This document shows positions 32,673 to 34,891 of a DNA stretch of 34,891 nt, piece after piece (positions within the stretch are counted from its first letter, which is position 1; the number at the start of each line of letters is the position of its first letter). The translations under genes and the position numbers were made by a program. Below the pieces are notes generated by a model. The model was not told the DNA's origin. It did not search any database and saw only the letters and a list, made by a program, of their open reading frames with translations. The stretch is from Octopus bimaculoides (lineage: Eukaryota): NCBI RefSeq assembly GCF_001194135.2, contig NC_069001.1, positions 13,190,098 through 13,224,988 of the forward strand. The letters run 5' to 3'.

Positions 32673-33700
32673 GAGTGTGTGTGTGTGTGTGTGTGTGTGT
32701 GACCAACAGTCACCCAACCTGCTAGAAACAGTTACCAAATCTCCCTCAAACTACACCCTACTCTTAACAAAGGAATCGCCACACACGTGATAACGTAATC
32801 CTGTGCATACAACAGGCGGGATAGTCATGGCTAGAAACGCATCTGAATACATGTCCACTCGATAAGGGTTTAATCAGAGACTCAGGAACTTCATGGCGCA
32901 CTTGCCACTGACGGAGCCTTTTCTGCTGGTGGCACACATCCCGCCAGCGGTTCAGTCGGCGGTACAGAGACATCTGCCGACTGTCCTCTGCTCTACTTTT
33001 TCCCTCTTTCTTTTAGAAGCTACGAGTGCAGGGACCTACATCAGTGGGCACGGGGGGGGGGGGGGNNNNNNNNNNNNNNNNNNNNNNNNNNNNNNNNNNN
33101 NNNNNNNNNNNNNNNNNNNNNNNNNNNNNNNNNNNNNNNNNNNNNNNNNNNNNNNNNNNNNNNNNNNNNNNNNNNNNNNNNNNNNNNNNNNNNNNNNNNN
33201 NNNNNNNNNNNNNNNNNNNNNNNNNNNNNNNNNNNNNNNNNNNNNNNNNNNNNNNNNNNNNNNNNNNNNNNNNNNNNNNNNNNNNNNNNNNNNNNNNNNN
33301 NNNNNNNNNNNNNNNNNNNNNNNNNNNNNNNNNNNNNNNNNNNNNNNNNNNNNNNNNNNNNNNNNNNNNNNNNNNNNNNNNNNNNNNNNNNNNNNNNNNN
33401 NNNNNNNNNNNNNNNNNNNNNNNNNNNNNNNNNNNNNNNNNNNNNNNNNNNNNNNNNNNNNNNNNNNNNNNNNNNNNNNNNNNNNNNNNNNNNNNNNNNN
33501 NNNNNNNNNNNNNNNNNNNNNNNNNNNNNNNNNNNNNNNNNNNNNNNNNNNNNNNNNNNNNNNNNNNNNNNNNNNNNNNNNNNNNNNNNNNNNNNNNNNN
33601 NNNNNNNNNNNNNNNNNNNNNNNNNNNNNNNNNNNNNNNNNNNNNNNNNNNNNNNNNNNNNNNNNNNNNNNNNNNNNNNNNNNNNNNNNNNNNNNNNNNN

Positions 33701-34045
33701 NCCCACTGCGTGGCATCTTGGGCAAGTGCCTTCTACTATAGCCTCGGGCCGACCAATGCCTTGTGAGTGGATTTGGTAGACGGAAACTGAAAGAAGCCCG
33801 TCGTATATGTGTATATATATGTGTATGTGTGTGTGTGTGTGTTTGTATGTCTGTGTTTGTCCCCCCAACATCGCTTGACAACCGATGCTGGTGTGTTTAT
33901 GTCCCCGTAACTTAGTGGTTCGGCAAAAGAGACCGATAGAATAAGTACTAGGCTTCCAAAGAATAAGTCCTGGGGTCGATTTCTTCGACTAAAGGCGGTG
34001 CTCCAGCATGGCCGCAGTCAAAAGACTGAAACAAGTAAAAGTGTA
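33701..34045 (+). mobile_element. SINE family A copy (head in gap)
   Basis: Near-consensus body ending gtaaaagtgtaaaagtg. Confidence 0.85.
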
Positions 34046-34891
34046 AAAGTGTATATAGAAAATGGGGGGTAGCTGATGAAGGAAAATGGGTTAATATATA
34101 GATCCGCACCCGGTGGAAAAATTGAAAAAAAAATAGTGTAGTAGTTGAAGTGCACCGTATATTGAACAAATATGAAGGAAACCTAACCCTAACCCTACCA
34201 CCAATGGTCACATTATCACCGGCGATCACATTTAACTTCCTCTATACATCTGTACATAGATTGGTTCATTACATAAAACGCATATATGAGGAAATGATTT
34301 CTAGAAGTATATAGACGTATGTGTGTGTGTATGTATATATATTCAACAAGACACAAAATATAGCCTTGTCTGATCCCTATTTAACCTTCCACAGAGGTAC
34401 ACTGACAAAGAACACAAGACAATACTTTATTATGAATAAATAAAGAAAAGAAAAAACAAGCACGAAGTTCCACCACCACATCAAGCTTCGACGTAGTCGT
34501 TTGACCTGCTAGAATTAGTAACAAATTCTTCCTCAAATAACTTCATCCGTCTATGTTTAAAGAGAAAGTACAGAAAGAAAAAGAGGTTAAACTTATACTA
34601 TTTTTCTTTCGTTTCTTGGCTCTGGTGAGGCGACTCGGAACATTCACTATGTGAATGTTCCGAGTTCTTTCTCCACCCACCCCCGTTCGCGAGCGCGCAC
34701 TTTTTTTTTTCATATTCGTTTAGAGCAAGTTATGTTAAATCTCTGAACGAGGTATTAACAGTAACTGCACGACAAGGTGAAGTATATTTGCCACTTAAAT
34801 GTGACTGACCCCTAAGGGTGGATGTTACTGTTGCTTTTAGCCCCAGGAGAACATCTCCTCCAGCTGGCTTTGTTTTACACCTATTACACTA

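Noticed and set aside
985-33881. Long ORFs containing X runs (e.g. 3778-4395, 19390-20124, 30223-30969, 32893-33741, 33036-33881)
   Set aside because: They stay open only because N gaps contain no stop codons; the flanking parts translate microsatellites or SINEs.
34181-34196. cctaaccctaaccct telomere-like motif
   Set aside because: Only about two units are present inside an interspersed repeat; this is not a telomeric array.
1-34891. CRISPR arrays, operons or other prokaryotic systems
   Set aside because: There are no regularly spaced identical repeats with unique spacers; the sequence is intron-rich eukaryotic DNA.

Overview
This is AT-rich animal genomic DNA, dense in microsatellites and retroposons, with eight N gaps. 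The repeat landscape looks cephalopod/Octopus-like, which is an inference from recalled repeat types and was not verified by search. Most ORFs in the supplied track are artefacts of gaps, microsatellites or repeats. One probable protein-coding gene lies on the minus strand: exons 8713-8457 and 6187-6068 are well supported and splice in frame, and a candidate start exon lies at 18824-18767. Together they give a ~140-aa Pro/Tyr/Gly/Gln-rich protein with a PPSY motif and a C-terminal transmembrane tail. The rest of the window holds a tRNA-Lys(UUU) copy with a broken T-arm, a tRNA-Gly relic, at least four tRNA-derived SINE families, many 3' ends of an RTE-clade LINE, two TTAA-flanked MITE families (one nested inside itself), hammerhead-ribozyme-like motifs of the Penelope/retrozyme type, long hairpins and several satellites. 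I found no evidence of a large novel multi-gene system. The most interesting signals are the small tail-anchored PPxY protein and structured-RNA motifs inside repeats. All alignments and foldings were done by eye.
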